Part shown: one piece after another, positions 14,166 through 25,944 of the stretch | How positions within the stretch are numbered: the stretch's first letter is position 1 | Layout: every line of letters begins with the position of its first letter | Assembly (NCBI RefSeq): GCF_001194135.2 | Contig: NC_068984.1 | Location: forward strand, 109,678,625 to 109,722,134 | Direction: 5' to 3' | DNA: 43,510 nucleotides | Source: Octopus bimaculoides | Lineage: Eukaryota | Program-made: the position numbers and the translations under genes | Notes under the pieces: generated by a model | Told to the model about the DNA's origin: nothing | What the model saw: only the letters and a program-made list of their open reading frames with translations | Databases searched by the model: none

Positions 14166-14939
14166 TTTATTGTTATTCAATGTCAGATTCTCTTTAGAGT
14201 CACACAATTGCTTACAATGAAATATTCTGTGTGAATATATCGAGAGTGAAGTATCGTTTCTGGTTGGAACCTCCAGGTTTCCTGTCCTGAAATTGCCTGG
14301 CTAAGAGTTCATACGGGTGCAGGAACAATACCGGACACCTTGTAACTATGTTATGGTACCAACCAGCATGTTACAGAGGGTGTTTAAGAACTCAAAGGTG
14401 CATAAAACGGCAGACCCACACAGTTGTACCCCCGACTTTGCTTCCTGATAACTTCCAAAGGAATTCGTATGTTTTTAATGAAATTTTCTAGAAATACCTC
14501 TCAGATGGTGTAGATTACGATTATATCGGAATTTAATGTGAAAAAAAGCGCCCCAAAAGACCTAGACGTACACACACATATATACTGACACACATAAAAT
14601 GGAACTCGACATTTTGAATAAAGTTGTGATGTGTGTCAATATATATATGTGTGCGCAACTCTACTTTTTTTACATTAAATTTCGATATTGTCGTAATGTA
14701 CGCTACCTGAGAGATATTTGTAGAATAATATCCTTAAACGGTATCCATTATTTTTCTAAAAGTTATTGAGGAAACAATTTTGTGGAGGGTACACCTGTGA
14801 GGGTCTGCTCAAAATATCCCCACAAACACCAAAAACAAGGTGAAGATGACGCTGACTTCACTCTAGTCTTCAGGTGTCCGGGTGCGTCCCCCGGCGCACA
14901 CATTCCCTAGCCTCTAATCACCGTGAAAGGTTGAAAGAG
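14166..14939 (-). ncRNA. Candidate long-hairpin structured ncRNA gene, copy A
   Basis: Conserved blocks 14248-14422 (175 nt) and 14782-14939 (158 nt) are mutually complementary on the minus strand. TCT-like start at 14939, TGACGTCA at 14990-14997, AATAAA (plus TTTATT) at 14166-14171. No conserved ORF signature. Confidence 0.55.
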
Positions 14940-15207
14940 ACTGAAAAATATTTTAAACGAAAGCTTAGGAGAATATTTTGGTGGTATTATGACGTCATAA
15001 TGACAATACGAAAATATTTAGAAATGTCTGGAATAAACAAGAAATTCTTGAATGAATTTCATACGTAGACGCTACACACGTACGCATACAGTAGCACACA
15101 AATTTATAAAGTAAATATATACATATATAATGTATGCAATTACATTAATGTGTGTGTGTATATATGTGTCCTGCCTACCTATCTGTCTGTCAATATATAA
15201 AGATATA

Positions 15208-16050
15208 AAGGCGGCGAGCTGACAGAATCGTTAGCACACAGGACGTAATGCTTAGCGGTTTTTCGTCTGCCGTTACGTTCTGAGTTCAAATTCCACCGAG
15301 GTCGACTTTGCCTTTCATCCTTTCGGGGTCGATAAATTAAGTACCAGTTACGCACTGGGGTCGATCTATTCGACTTAATCCTTTTGTCTGTCCTTGTTTG
15401 TCCCCTCTATGTTTAGCCCCTTGTGGGCAATAAAGAAATAAGAATCGTTAGCATGCCGGATGAAATTCTTAGCGGTATTTGTTCTGCCGTTACGTTAGTT
15501 CAAATTCCGCCGAGGTCGACTTTGCCTTTCATCCTTTCGGGGTCGATATAATCGACTTAATCCTTTGTCTGTCCTTGTTTGTACCCTCTATGTCTAGCCC
15601 CTTGTGGGCAATAGAGAAATAAGAATCGTTAGCACGCCGAGCAAAATGCTTAGTGGGATTTCTTCCGTCTTCATGTTTTGAGTTCAAATTCTGCCGGGGT
15701 CGACTTTGCTTTTCCTCATTTCGGGGTTGATAAATAAGTAGAAGTTGACCACCGAAATCTGTGTAATGGACTTACCTCCTCCTACGAAATAGCTGGCCTT
15801 GTGCCAAAATTTGAAATCAATATATGCAGACATAAAGGCAACGAGGTAGAAGGAAGCTTAGCGTGCCGGGCAAATGCCTAACAGAATTTTCTTTCATTTT
15901 TACGTTTTGAGTTCAAATGCCGCCGGGGTTGAGTTTGTCTTTCATCCTTTCACAATCAATAAAAGAAATAGTAGTTGAACAATGGTTTCGGTGTAATCGA
16001 CTTAGCTCCTCCCCTGAAACTGCTGGCCTTGTGCCAAAATGTGAAATTAA
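15208..16050 (+). mobile_element. Head-to-tail train of ~5 SINE family 2 copies
   Basis: Repeated GAATCGTTAGCA...GAGTTCAAATTCC(A/G)CCGAGGTCGACTTTGCCTTTCATCC units. Confidence 0.8.
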
Positions 16051-16115
16051 TGTATACAGGTATATGTATTTATGATTGAGAATTATTTCTGTATGTATCT
16101 CTTGACTTATCTTCT

Positions 16116-16600
16116 TCACCCACTTAATTCATGGAAGAGTCATGCGGGCAGAGTCTTCGAGCCCGTCTTACATCGGGTCCCGCCAGAAGCAATTGTCTCC
16201 AAATGATTCTGCTGGAACTCCAAATGCATTAACCAAGCTCATGGATGTTATCCAAGCAAATTGCTCATGGTCTACCCATGGAATTCCTGCCAATTGTTGT
16301 TGACCTTAAAACCTGTCCATCGATTCTTTCCTGAGGCATTCTTACCACATTTCCGTAGTATCGGAACTGTGATCTCCCAGTTCGGAGAAGTAGACGCTCT
16401 ACCCAGAACACCTCTCTGATGTCCAGGTTACGCACTCAATAGAGTAAAGTATCTCTAAGGATTATTCGGAGGAATCCGATTTCGGCAGTTTGTATTAACC
16501 ATTGTATTCTTTCGATTATTACCCAAGAGGATCACAACTGCTCCCACTTACTCTACTTCTTCCATAAACATGAAACCACGAAAATGCAGATCTTTCATTT
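16116..16600 (-). mobile_element. Decayed RTE-clade non-LTR retrotransposon 3' fragment
   Basis: Minus-strand translation IQTAEIGFLRII..VRNLDIREVFWVERLLLRTGRSQFRYYGNVVRMPQERI..GRP resembles the post-RT C-terminus of RTE LINEs; several stops. Confidence 0.75.
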
Positions 16601-17103
16601 CAGTCAATGTGCATTATACTAAGCACCACAAAGGTTATAAGAGGTTTTCACTTATTTGTAATAATGAAAGATCATAACAGTATTTGATTACGCAGCACTA
16701 CAACAAGGGGTGTGGTCAGATGTTGGTTTGCAGAGAACTGCGGCTGCTGATGTCCATATTATATTTGTTATGGCTGTAGCGGTAGTTCATTGTTGCTGAT
16801 ATGCTGATTACAACAACAGAGAAAAAGAAAAAAAAAACCCTCAGACTGTTTGATCCACCATGTAAGAAAGCATAAAGAGATTATCTTGAATTATAAGAAA
16901 AATTTCGCGCGCCTTTTATCGCAAGGTTATCTTATAATATAAGAAAGAGCTGTGCGCTCAAAAGCTGCGCTCTCTGGTGTCTCATACAAGACATACCTTG
17001 TTGCGAGAAGAAGTCTTGAGCTGTTCTGTTTTTATGAGAGGGCAAGAGATTGTGAAAGTTTTTGAAGATCCCACCGGAGCGCAAAGTACCTTGTAACTCG
17101 TTG

Positions 17104-17223
17104 CGGCGAAGGTAAAGAATACGCACACCACCCATTTTCGGCGTTTAGGGTTAGGGTCAGGCTTAGGTTTAGGGTTAGAGATACGGCGAAAACGGATGGT
17201 GTGTGTATTCTTTGCCTCCGCCG
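17104..17223. mobile_element. Small fold-back (MITE-like) element with a degenerate TTAGGG core
   Basis: ~40-nt inverted arms (17104-17143 and 17184-17223) flank TTTAGGGTTAGGGTCAGGCTTAGGTTTAGGGTTAG. Confidence 0.65.
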
Positions 17224-17430
17224 TCATTGCGTCTAGATGTTTGTTAGGTGTTTGTCGTGCACCATCTCTTGCAACTTAGGATGGAGGGTATGTTTTCTTT
17301 ATTTTCAATATGCACTACTTGGTGCTCCATGGTCGGTGGCTGTAGAGAGGAAAGTTACTTGTTTCCTCCATGCCTCACATGAAGGTAAAACGAACATGCA
17401 TCTAGTCGCACACACACACCATTTATTGTC

Positions 17431-18125
17431 TACAGGGTTGGGAGGAAAGTAAGCAGGCATTAAAAATTGGTAATAAAATCCATATTCCTTTTCCAAAATT
17501 ATTGAAACAAATGATACATGTTCTTTATTACATGGGAAAATAAAAGTAAATCTTCACATTTCAACGTAAGAACCGGTGGCGTCGACCAGTTTTCTCAAAC
17601 GGCCAGGGATGGAATGAACAACCTTCTGAAGGAAGTCATCTGAGATATCATTGAGAACCTCCTGAATCCGTGTCTCCAAGTCCTCCGGTGTGTGAGGTTT
17701 TGTCTTGTACACCTGTTTTGTGTAACCCCAGAAGTAAAAGTCACATGGAGTGAGATCCGGACTTCTTGGAGTTCTGGACTTCTGCGGTCACAGTCTTCAG
17801 GTTTTAGCTCCTGCACGTAATGGGCTTTCCACGGATGAAAATTCAGTTCTTTATGCAACACCATACATATTGTGTGTCTTGTTAGTCCATTTTCACAAGC
17901 TGCTTGACGTGTTAATTTTTGCGGGCTGCGATTAAACATTTCCTGTACTGTTGCCATGTTCTCCACTGATCACAGAACCCGTCAAATTTGGTCGTCAGAT
18001 TTGCATGACAAATTTTTATCGTCTTCGGACGTAGTGTTTCATACTTACCTTTGCATGCCCGCCATGGACCAAAAAAATGGAATTCTGCACTTCTGCACTG
18101 AACAGTCAAGCGACCGGCCATCTGG
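17431..18125 (-). mobile_element. Internally deleted Tc1/mariner element
   Basis: HTH-like region RSPQKLTRQAACENGLTRHTICMVLHKELNFHPWKAHYVQEL is fused by deletion/frameshift to PRSPDLTPCDFYFWG...LRKLVDATGSYVEM (stop ~17554). TA-CAGGG end at 17431; the partner TIR was not found. Confidence 0.8.
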
Positions 18126-19772
18126 AAAATAAGGAATAAAACAATAAGACAATACGAAAATAGGAAATCCCCATTAGTGTTGTCTATTTAAAAAATGTTT
18201 TCGTCATGACTTCAGTGATACCAAAAATTCTATAAGCAATTTGCACCATAAATCTCATCGGAGGTCCACAATTGAGCATTACTCTCCTCGCATTTGGAAC
18301 AGAGCTGTTGCTGCACACATACTCATACTAGACCGTACTTAGTAAAAAGGACACAAGCCCGATTGTCTATCACCATAAGCGAGCTACGTCTTCTCTCTGC
18401 ACTCCAAATCATGCCGTCTTCACTCAACCATTAGACTCAATCGTCTCTCTTTTCTCATGATGCTTGTTGTACCCAATCTCTTAGGCTCCATATGATTCAC
18501 TACACTCTGCCGTTTCTCTTCAGAATCTCTTGTGGATTCGCTTGATTTGCCCAATTGGAGGTCCATAGGGTGGCTGCTAAGTCCGCTAGAAATAGCAGCA
18601 AATCTCGCTCACTACATGAATGAACACAAAAAACATGAGCTGTGATATCTCTGGTGCCAAACTGTATCAATCTCTTTCTTCCCCTTGGATAACATTGTTG
18701 GCATGAAGAGTGGATATTGGTATGCATGGGTGACCGCTGGTCTTCCATAAACAACCTTTGCCTGGACTTATGTCTCGGAGGGTAACTATCTATTCGTCTT
18801 GGAAAGGGCATAACAAAAATAGATATTGGTTGAATTTACGATCTAAGCGGTGAGTGTTCATCTCACTGAGACAGACTGTGTTTTGGTTTTCATTTTACCC
18901 TAGTGAATACCGAGATACGTGCCTTAATGTATAAGGGTTGATACGAGTGGAAGTAAAGAAGAAACATCGCACAGCTTAAGGGACCAAACGTTTATGGACA
19001 GAAGTAACTTCACGAAAGACCACAAACTAATTTGCGTGCGGGTGTATGTGAGGGAGAGTGAGAGTGAGAAAGAGAGAGGGAGAGAGAGAGAGGGAGATGT
19101 TGCACATAAACAACGTTGTTACTTCCAAACACATTGTACGATTATAACCAAAGTCGTATTGTCAAATTGTGTTTGCAGCTATAGTGATTATAAGAAAATT
19201 ATCGTACAATTAATGAAGCAACTACTTCACTTTATTAGAGACAAGCTTTAAAGCCGCATTCCGTAGTGGGGACATTTAAGTTAGCTCCTGCGCGGGTTAA
19301 TAGGCCTGTGACCCAAATCTAAAAGGATCTAAATAGTATGACTATAATACGTCTATAATGACTATATGTTCTGGTGGTGTTTGATCAGAGGTAAAAGGTG
19401 GATGAGAATTAATTTTGTAAAGCATTCATTCTATCATTCCAGTCCCCAGTTGAATTCGAACTGTTGGCCAATTTGTCCCAAAGTTCTTATCTCGACGTAA
19501 AATTAACGAAGCGAATGTCATTTATCTTCCCCTTGATCCCTGACGTCATCTGATCAACGCCAAACAAGATGGCGTAAATCAGCCAAGTTTTTTACCTGCT
19601 AGAAGTCGCAACCCATATGCTTTTAAATCACAGCCCAACACTGGATGTTCAAGAACCAAATGAAGGGCAAATTTTCAATATCGGGAACATTCTGATTCCA
19701 AAACGGTATAATATGTGTAAGTAGAGCAAATGTAGACTGAGATACAGGAGTCGCAGGTAGACAGAATTTCGC

Positions 19773-19930
19773 TTGGCAGAATCGTTAGCACGCTGGACGA
19801 AACACTTAGCGGTATGTCGCCCATCGCTACGTTCTGAGTTCAAAATCCGCCGAGGTCAACTTTGGATGTAACCGATTACTCTCCTTCCCACAAATTTCAG
19901 GCCTTGTGCCTATAGTAGAAAGGATTATAA
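19773..19930 (+). mobile_element. SINE family 2 insertion specific to unit B
   Basis: Interrupts GAATTTCGC^...TTATAAC, which is contiguous in units C, D and E. Confidence 0.7.
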
Positions 19931-20269
19931 CTGAAGTATCAAGAAAATATTATCAAGCATTTTAATAGCAGCAAACTTGTGTTTTATTTAAACAGTTACC
20001 GAGTTTATAACCCTACACTTGACACCTGCCTGTGAACTATATGTTGAGTAACTTTTATTTCATGTTGATAAGGCGGTGAGTGGCAGACTGGTGGCATTTC
20101 GTCCATCTTTGCAATCTGAGTTCAACTTCTGCCGAGGTCGATGGTTATCTTGATCCTTTTGATGTTGATAAAATAGGTGCCAGTGATGCATTGGGGTCAA
20201 TAGGATCGACTAGTCACTCCACCAAATTTCAAGCCTTGTTCCTAGAGAAGAAAGAAATATATGTACGAT

Positions 20270-21038
20270 TTTCATTTATCGATCCTTACTATCAGATTCA
20301 TTTACAGTAACACGATTGTTTACAATGAAATATTCTGTGTGAATATATCGAGAGTGAAGTATCGTTTCTGGTTGGAACCTCCAGGTTTCCTGCCCTGAAA
20401 TTGCCTGGCTAAGAGTTCATACGGGTGCAGGAACAATACCGGACACCTTGTAACTATGTTATGGTACCAACCAGCATGTTACAGAGGGTGTTTAAGAACT
20501 CAAAGGTGCATAAAACGGCAGATCCACACAATTGTGCCCCCGACCTTTGTTTCCTAATAACTTCCATTGGTATATTTTTAATGAAATTTTCTAGAAATAC
20601 CTCTCAGATAGTGTAGATTACGATTATGTCGGAATTTAATGTGAAAAAAAAGCCCCCAAAAGACGTGGACGTACAAAAATATATACTGACACACATAAAA
20701 GGGAAAATAAAATTTAGAAAACAAATTGTGATGCGTGTTAATATATATATATGTGCGCAAACTCTATTTTTTTACATTAAATTCCGATATAGTCGTAATG
20801 CACGCTATCTGAGGGATATTTGTAGAATATTTCCCCAAAAGGTATCCAATTTTTACAGAAAGTTACGAAGAAACAATTGTGTGGAGGGCACACCTGTGAG
20901 GGTCTGCTCAAAATATCCCCACAAACACCAAAAACAAGGTGAAGATGACTCTAACTTCACTCTAGTCTTCAGGTGTCCGGGTACGTCCCCCGACGCACAC
21001 ATTCCCTAGCCTCTAATCACCGTGAAAGGTTGAAAGAG
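20270..21038 (-). ncRNA. Candidate long-hairpin structured ncRNA gene, copy B
   Basis: Blocks 20356-20530 and 20881-21038; TGACGTCA at 21089-21096. Two substitutions in block 1 relative to the other copies, one breaking a predicted pair. AATAAA reads GATAAA here. Confidence 0.5.
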
Positions 21039-21654
21039 ACTGAAAGCTAGTTGAAACGAAGGCCTTGGAGAAAACTTTTCCGATATTGTGACGTCATAAC
21101 GACAATATGAAGAAATACAGAAATGTCTGGAATAGACGAGAAATTCTTGAATGAATTTCGTACGAAACGCTACACGCGCAGGCATACAATAGCACATTCG
21201 AATTTACAAAACAAATATTTACATATATAATGTATGCATTTACATCAATATGTTTGTGTGTATCGCATATGTGTGTGTTTGTGTGTGTTCACATATGTGC
21301 GTGTGTGTGTGTGTGCCTGTGTGTGTTTTTTTTTGTGTGTGTGCATCCCTATCTTTCTACCAATATAAACAGATACAAGGGCGGGAGTCGCACGAATGTT
21401 GGGCATGAAAGGCACCTCGTGAATGCGATATGGTTTAAAAACCCAGGTCAGTGGTAAGGCGGGGTTCGAAGGGCCCGTTATAATCCCGCCTCCACTCCAT
21501 CTGTTACGTCTTATTGTGTGCTATCATCATCCGTATTATATACATTTCTTAGAATTTTAAAAAAGGACCCTAATCGCATTTCTTGTAAAATCATTCGATT
21601 TCATTGTGTTGTCCCTTCTATGTATGTTGTTATGCATAATAAAAAATTCAGAAT

Positions 21655-21875
21655 CGGTACCACGCCGGGCGAAATGCTTAGTGGTATTTCGTCTGCCGAT
21701 GCGTTCTTAGTTCAAATTCCGCCGAGGTCGACTTTGCCTTTCATCTTTTCGGGGTCGATTAAATAAGTACCAGGTACGCAATGGGGTCGATGTAATCGAT
21801 TTAATCCCTTTGTCTGTCCTTGTTCAGCCCCTCTGTTTAGCCCTTTGTGGGCAATAAAGAAATAAGAATCATTAG
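21655..21875 (+). mobile_element. SINE family 2
   Basis: Well-preserved copy of the same motif set. Confidence 0.8.
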
Positions 21876-22371
21876 CGCGCCCATTCAAATAATGTTATTA
21901 TGTTAATAGGGAATTGTATTCCCTTCTGATTTTCGAAGAATTGCTAGGATCGCGCCTGCACACACACACACACACATTTACTGTCTATATGTATATAGTG
22001 ACTCCCTTGATTTTGCTAATTTTTGACAACCATTATTGCTCATACTACGAGCTGTTCGAGATCACTATCCATACCAAATGTACTTTGTAGGGTTGGCAGC
22101 CTAATTGCCGCCGAACAATTTGTTCTTTTTCTAACGTACCAGTAGCGCCCCCAATCGGACTGTTTAAACGTAGTTCAAATGAACAGAAAACAAAGGACAG
22201 AAACAGGTGAGGCAACGACAGGCGTGTGTATTAGTTAGACGTTCGGGAAAAATGGAAAAGTCTTTGACGTTTCGAGTCAATCATTTTCGACAAAAAGAGA
22301 TGAGGAGATAAAGATGGAGAGATCAAGAAAGCAACGTAGATATACACGCACGCATGCACACACATACGAAC

Positions 22372-22419
<48 letters not shown>

Positions 22420-22859
22420 AAACGAACACGCGAAGAAACCTATGTACACATGCTTGTATGTGTTTATGAAAGCATGTATGAGTGTGAAATCAACTTGAAA
22501 ATTATTTATTTATGAATTTTTAATGTATACACCCACAGTTTACAAGTCTCCATCATTACTTTATACATACATATGCACATACATCAGACAGTATGCTATT
22601 TTTTCTGTGAGATTCGTTAAAGCAAATACTTAAGACAGCTAGGACCACATCGCAATGACTTTCCTTTCTGCTCAAGCCCAGATTCTCCACTCTCCAACAA
22701 TTATCGTTATTCAACAACGGCAGTTTCCAAAATATTTTTACCCGACAGACTGATTTCGTGCAAGATAATTTTTCCACACACCGTGGGATCATATGCATAA
22801 GAAAACGCAATCATGTGAATAACATAATTTATTTATTACCTGTATATGATGTCATTTGT

Positions 22860-23105
22860 GTAGGCACGTGGCTTAGTGGTTAGGATGTCAGCACCATGAT
22901 CGTAAGATTGTGGTTTCGATACCTGGACCGGGCGATGTGTTGTGTTCTTGAGCAAAACACTTCATTTCACGTTGCTCCAGTCCACTCCGCTGGCAAAAAT
23001 GAATAACGCTGCGATGGTCTGGCATCCCGGCCATCTGGGGAACACTTACGCCATTGAAACCGGGCCCATAAGCTGTCTAGGCTTTAAAAGGGCGCATTTA
23101 TTATT
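22860..23105 (+). mobile_element. tRNA-derived SINE related to family 3
   Basis: GTGGCTTAGTGGTTAGG...GGTTTCGATACC...TTGAGCAAAACACTT. Confidence 0.65.
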
Positions 23106-23159
23106 TATTTTATATGATGTCATTTACATCTATAAAAAACACTCTGCAGACTACCATAT

Positions 23160-23485
23160 TCTTTTACTTGTTTCAGTGATGCGACTGTAGCCATGCTGGA
23201 GCATCAGCTTCTGTGGAATAAATCGACCCGAGGATTTATTTCTTAATCCTGGTACTTATTCTATCGGTCTCTTTACCTAGAGTAGAGGAAACATACACAC
23301 ACCAACAACTGTTGTCATGCACATATAAGAGGGGATTCATTCATTTTCCATCTACCAAATCAATTTACAGGGCTCTGGTTGGCTCGAGACAAAAGTAGAT
23401 GACACTTGCCGAAGGTACCACGCTGTGGGAATGATTCTGGAAACATGTGATTGGGACGTAGGCTTCTTACCACTCGGCCATGCCT
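23160..23485 (-). mobile_element. SINE family 1, diverged
   Basis: Reverse-strand homology to the SINE1 head and tail. Confidence 0.65.
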
Positions 23486-25382
23486 GTGTCAATAAATTAG
23501 AAATAAAATTTAAAAGTTTATTCTTTCTGTACGACCTTGCATCACATGATGCGCGACACGGTGGTTGGAGACCCAAGCACTACAAAGCTCATCGGAGATC
23601 CGCAATGGAGTATTACTCTCCTCACATTTGGAACAGAGCTGTTGCTGCGCACATAGTCATACTAAACCGTATCTTGTAAAAAGTCAGACGCCTGATTGTC
23701 TTTCGCCGTTATCAATCTACGTCTTCTCTCTACACCCCAGAATTGGCTGAATTCATGTCATCTTCACTCAACCATAAGTCCCAGTCGTCTCTTTTTTTCT
23801 CGTGGTTATTGTTGTACTCAGTCTCTATGGCCCTGCATAGTTCATTACACGCAGCCGTTTCTCTTCATAATCTCGTGAGTTCCTCTTGATATATACAATT
23901 TGTCCAACTGGAGGTCCGCTAGAAATAATAGCCAAATTTCGCTCATTACATAAATGAATTAACACAAAAGACATGGAAATATATCGAAGAAATTTTTTAA
24001 AATATTTAACTTAGAAAAGGAATGAGAGAGAAGAGATTGGTTGAATTTACGATCAAAGGGGTGGGTCTTTATCTTGCTGAGACAGACGGTGGTGTTGTGT
24101 TTTTTTTTATTTTAGCAGAGTGAATACTTTAAGTACCTGAGGTACATGCCGCAGTGTTTAAGGTGTAGCAGACGGATTAACAAAATAAAAGAAAGCAAAT
24201 TATTCTCTCTCCCTTTGATTTATGGTTGTTGTTTGGACGTAGCAGAGAACACTTAGCTATAAAGACCAGATTGTAACCATTGTTCTTATTGGTTATTTTT
24301 TAGGTGCAAATTGTCCCCTAAACAATTGCGCCTATTTACACGGTCAAGTAATCAGATGCGCTAAAATGGATCACGTGTTCTCTTGGCGGAAAAACTTTCA
24401 CCAACTTCTGGAAGCACACTTTTCCCTATAAGAGGGACAATTTTCGACTGCTCTAGGTCTTTGAACACACACGCATCTCGTCTCCAACAACGATGTCCTG
24501 ACACCAGCCAGTCTCTGCTCTCATCATCTCCACCAGGCGCCTGTCCACATCATTGCTGTATGAAGACCAACAAACCAAACTCCCGCCTCACCACACCATC
24601 AACAGTCCAGCCTAACCACGACGAAGTTCTCACACATCCTTGTGGTAACATATTGTGTTATGTTAATTTATGTATGGCAATCATTGTATTTTATGACGGA
24701 GAATAAATCGTCGCTAACCAGTTCATTTCCATCTCATGTATTTTTTCCTAATTAAACATCTTCGTTATAAAGGGTTGATACGAGTGGAGGTAAAGAAGAA
24801 GCATCGGACAATTTAAATGAGTTAACGTCTGTGGAAATAAATAACTTGAAGAAAGCCTACAGTTTGCGTGCGTGTGTGGAGAGACAGTGAGAGATTGAGA
24901 GAGAAAGAAAGAGAGAGCGAGAGAGAGAGAGAGAGATAGAGAGAGAGAATGCTGCTCATAAAGAACATTCTTAGTCCAAACCACTGTGTACAGTTACAAT
25001 CAAAGTTGTATTGTCAAATTGTGTTCGCAATTACAATGATAGATGAAAATTAGTGAACAATTAATAAAGCAACTATTTTACTTGATACTAGCTTAAAAGC
25101 CGCACTCTGTGCGGACTTTTGAGCTGGCTTCCGTGGAGTACTAATTGGGCCTGCGTCTCAAAACTGAAGGAAGCCAAATAACATGACTATAATACGTCTA
25201 TAATGACTATGTGGTCCAGTGGTTTTTTTTTTGGTTTTTTTTTTATCAGAGGTTAAGGACGGATGAGTATTTTATTGTTCCAATGTCAAGTTGAATTCCA
25301 ACTGTTGGTCAATTTGTCCCAAAGTTCTTATCTCGACGTTATAATTAAAGAAGCGAATGTCATTTGTCTCCTCTTTGATCTC

Positions 25383-25416
25383 TGACGTCACCTGACAAAC
25401 GCCAACCAAAATGGCG
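25383..25416 (+). promoter_or_regulatory. Second CRE + YY1-like module (also 19541-19574, 29186-29219, 33199-33232)
   Basis: TGACGTCA followed exactly 25 nt later (start to start) by AA(G/A)ATGGCG in units B-E. Confidence 0.4.
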
Positions 25417-25944
25417 TGAATCAGCAAAGCTTTACCTGCTAGAAGTAGCAACCCAAGTGCTTTTAAATCTGATCCCAATACTGAATGTCCAAGAACCAAA
25501 TAAATGAAGGAGAGATTTCTCAATCCCAGGATCATTCTGATTCCAAAACGGTATAATATGTCTATGTAGGGCAAACGTAGACTGAGATACAGGCGTCGCA
25601 GACAGACAGAATTTCGCGTTTATTATAACAGAAATATCAAGAAAATATCATCAAACATTTTCAGGGCAGTAAACTTGTCTTATTTCAACGCTTACCGTGT
25701 TTATAACCCTGCTATTTACATGTACCTGTGGACTATACGTTGAGTATATTTTATTTCGTGCTGATAAGGCAGTGAGCGACAGAATGGTTAGCATGCCGGT
25801 GGCATTTGGTCTACTTTTGCAGTTTGAGTTCAAATTCTGCCTAGGTCGATGGTTCCCTCGATCCATTTGTTGTTGATAAAATAAGCGCCAGTCAATATTT
25901 CAAGCTTTGTTCCTAGAGAAGAAAGGAATATTTAATGTATTATT

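Noticed and set aside
20425-21009. Recurrent plus-strand ORFs MQEQYRTPCNY... and ...RVCSKYPHKHQKQGEDD...
   Set aside because: GTG start and no credible splice acceptors. Between-copy changes are amino-acid-changing (DAD/DSD/DSN, GAS/GTS), and frames diverge through indels. Better explained by RNA conservation.
21440-21480. A-box/B-box-like motifs suggesting a tRNA
   Set aside because: The boxes are too close together and there is no cloverleaf.
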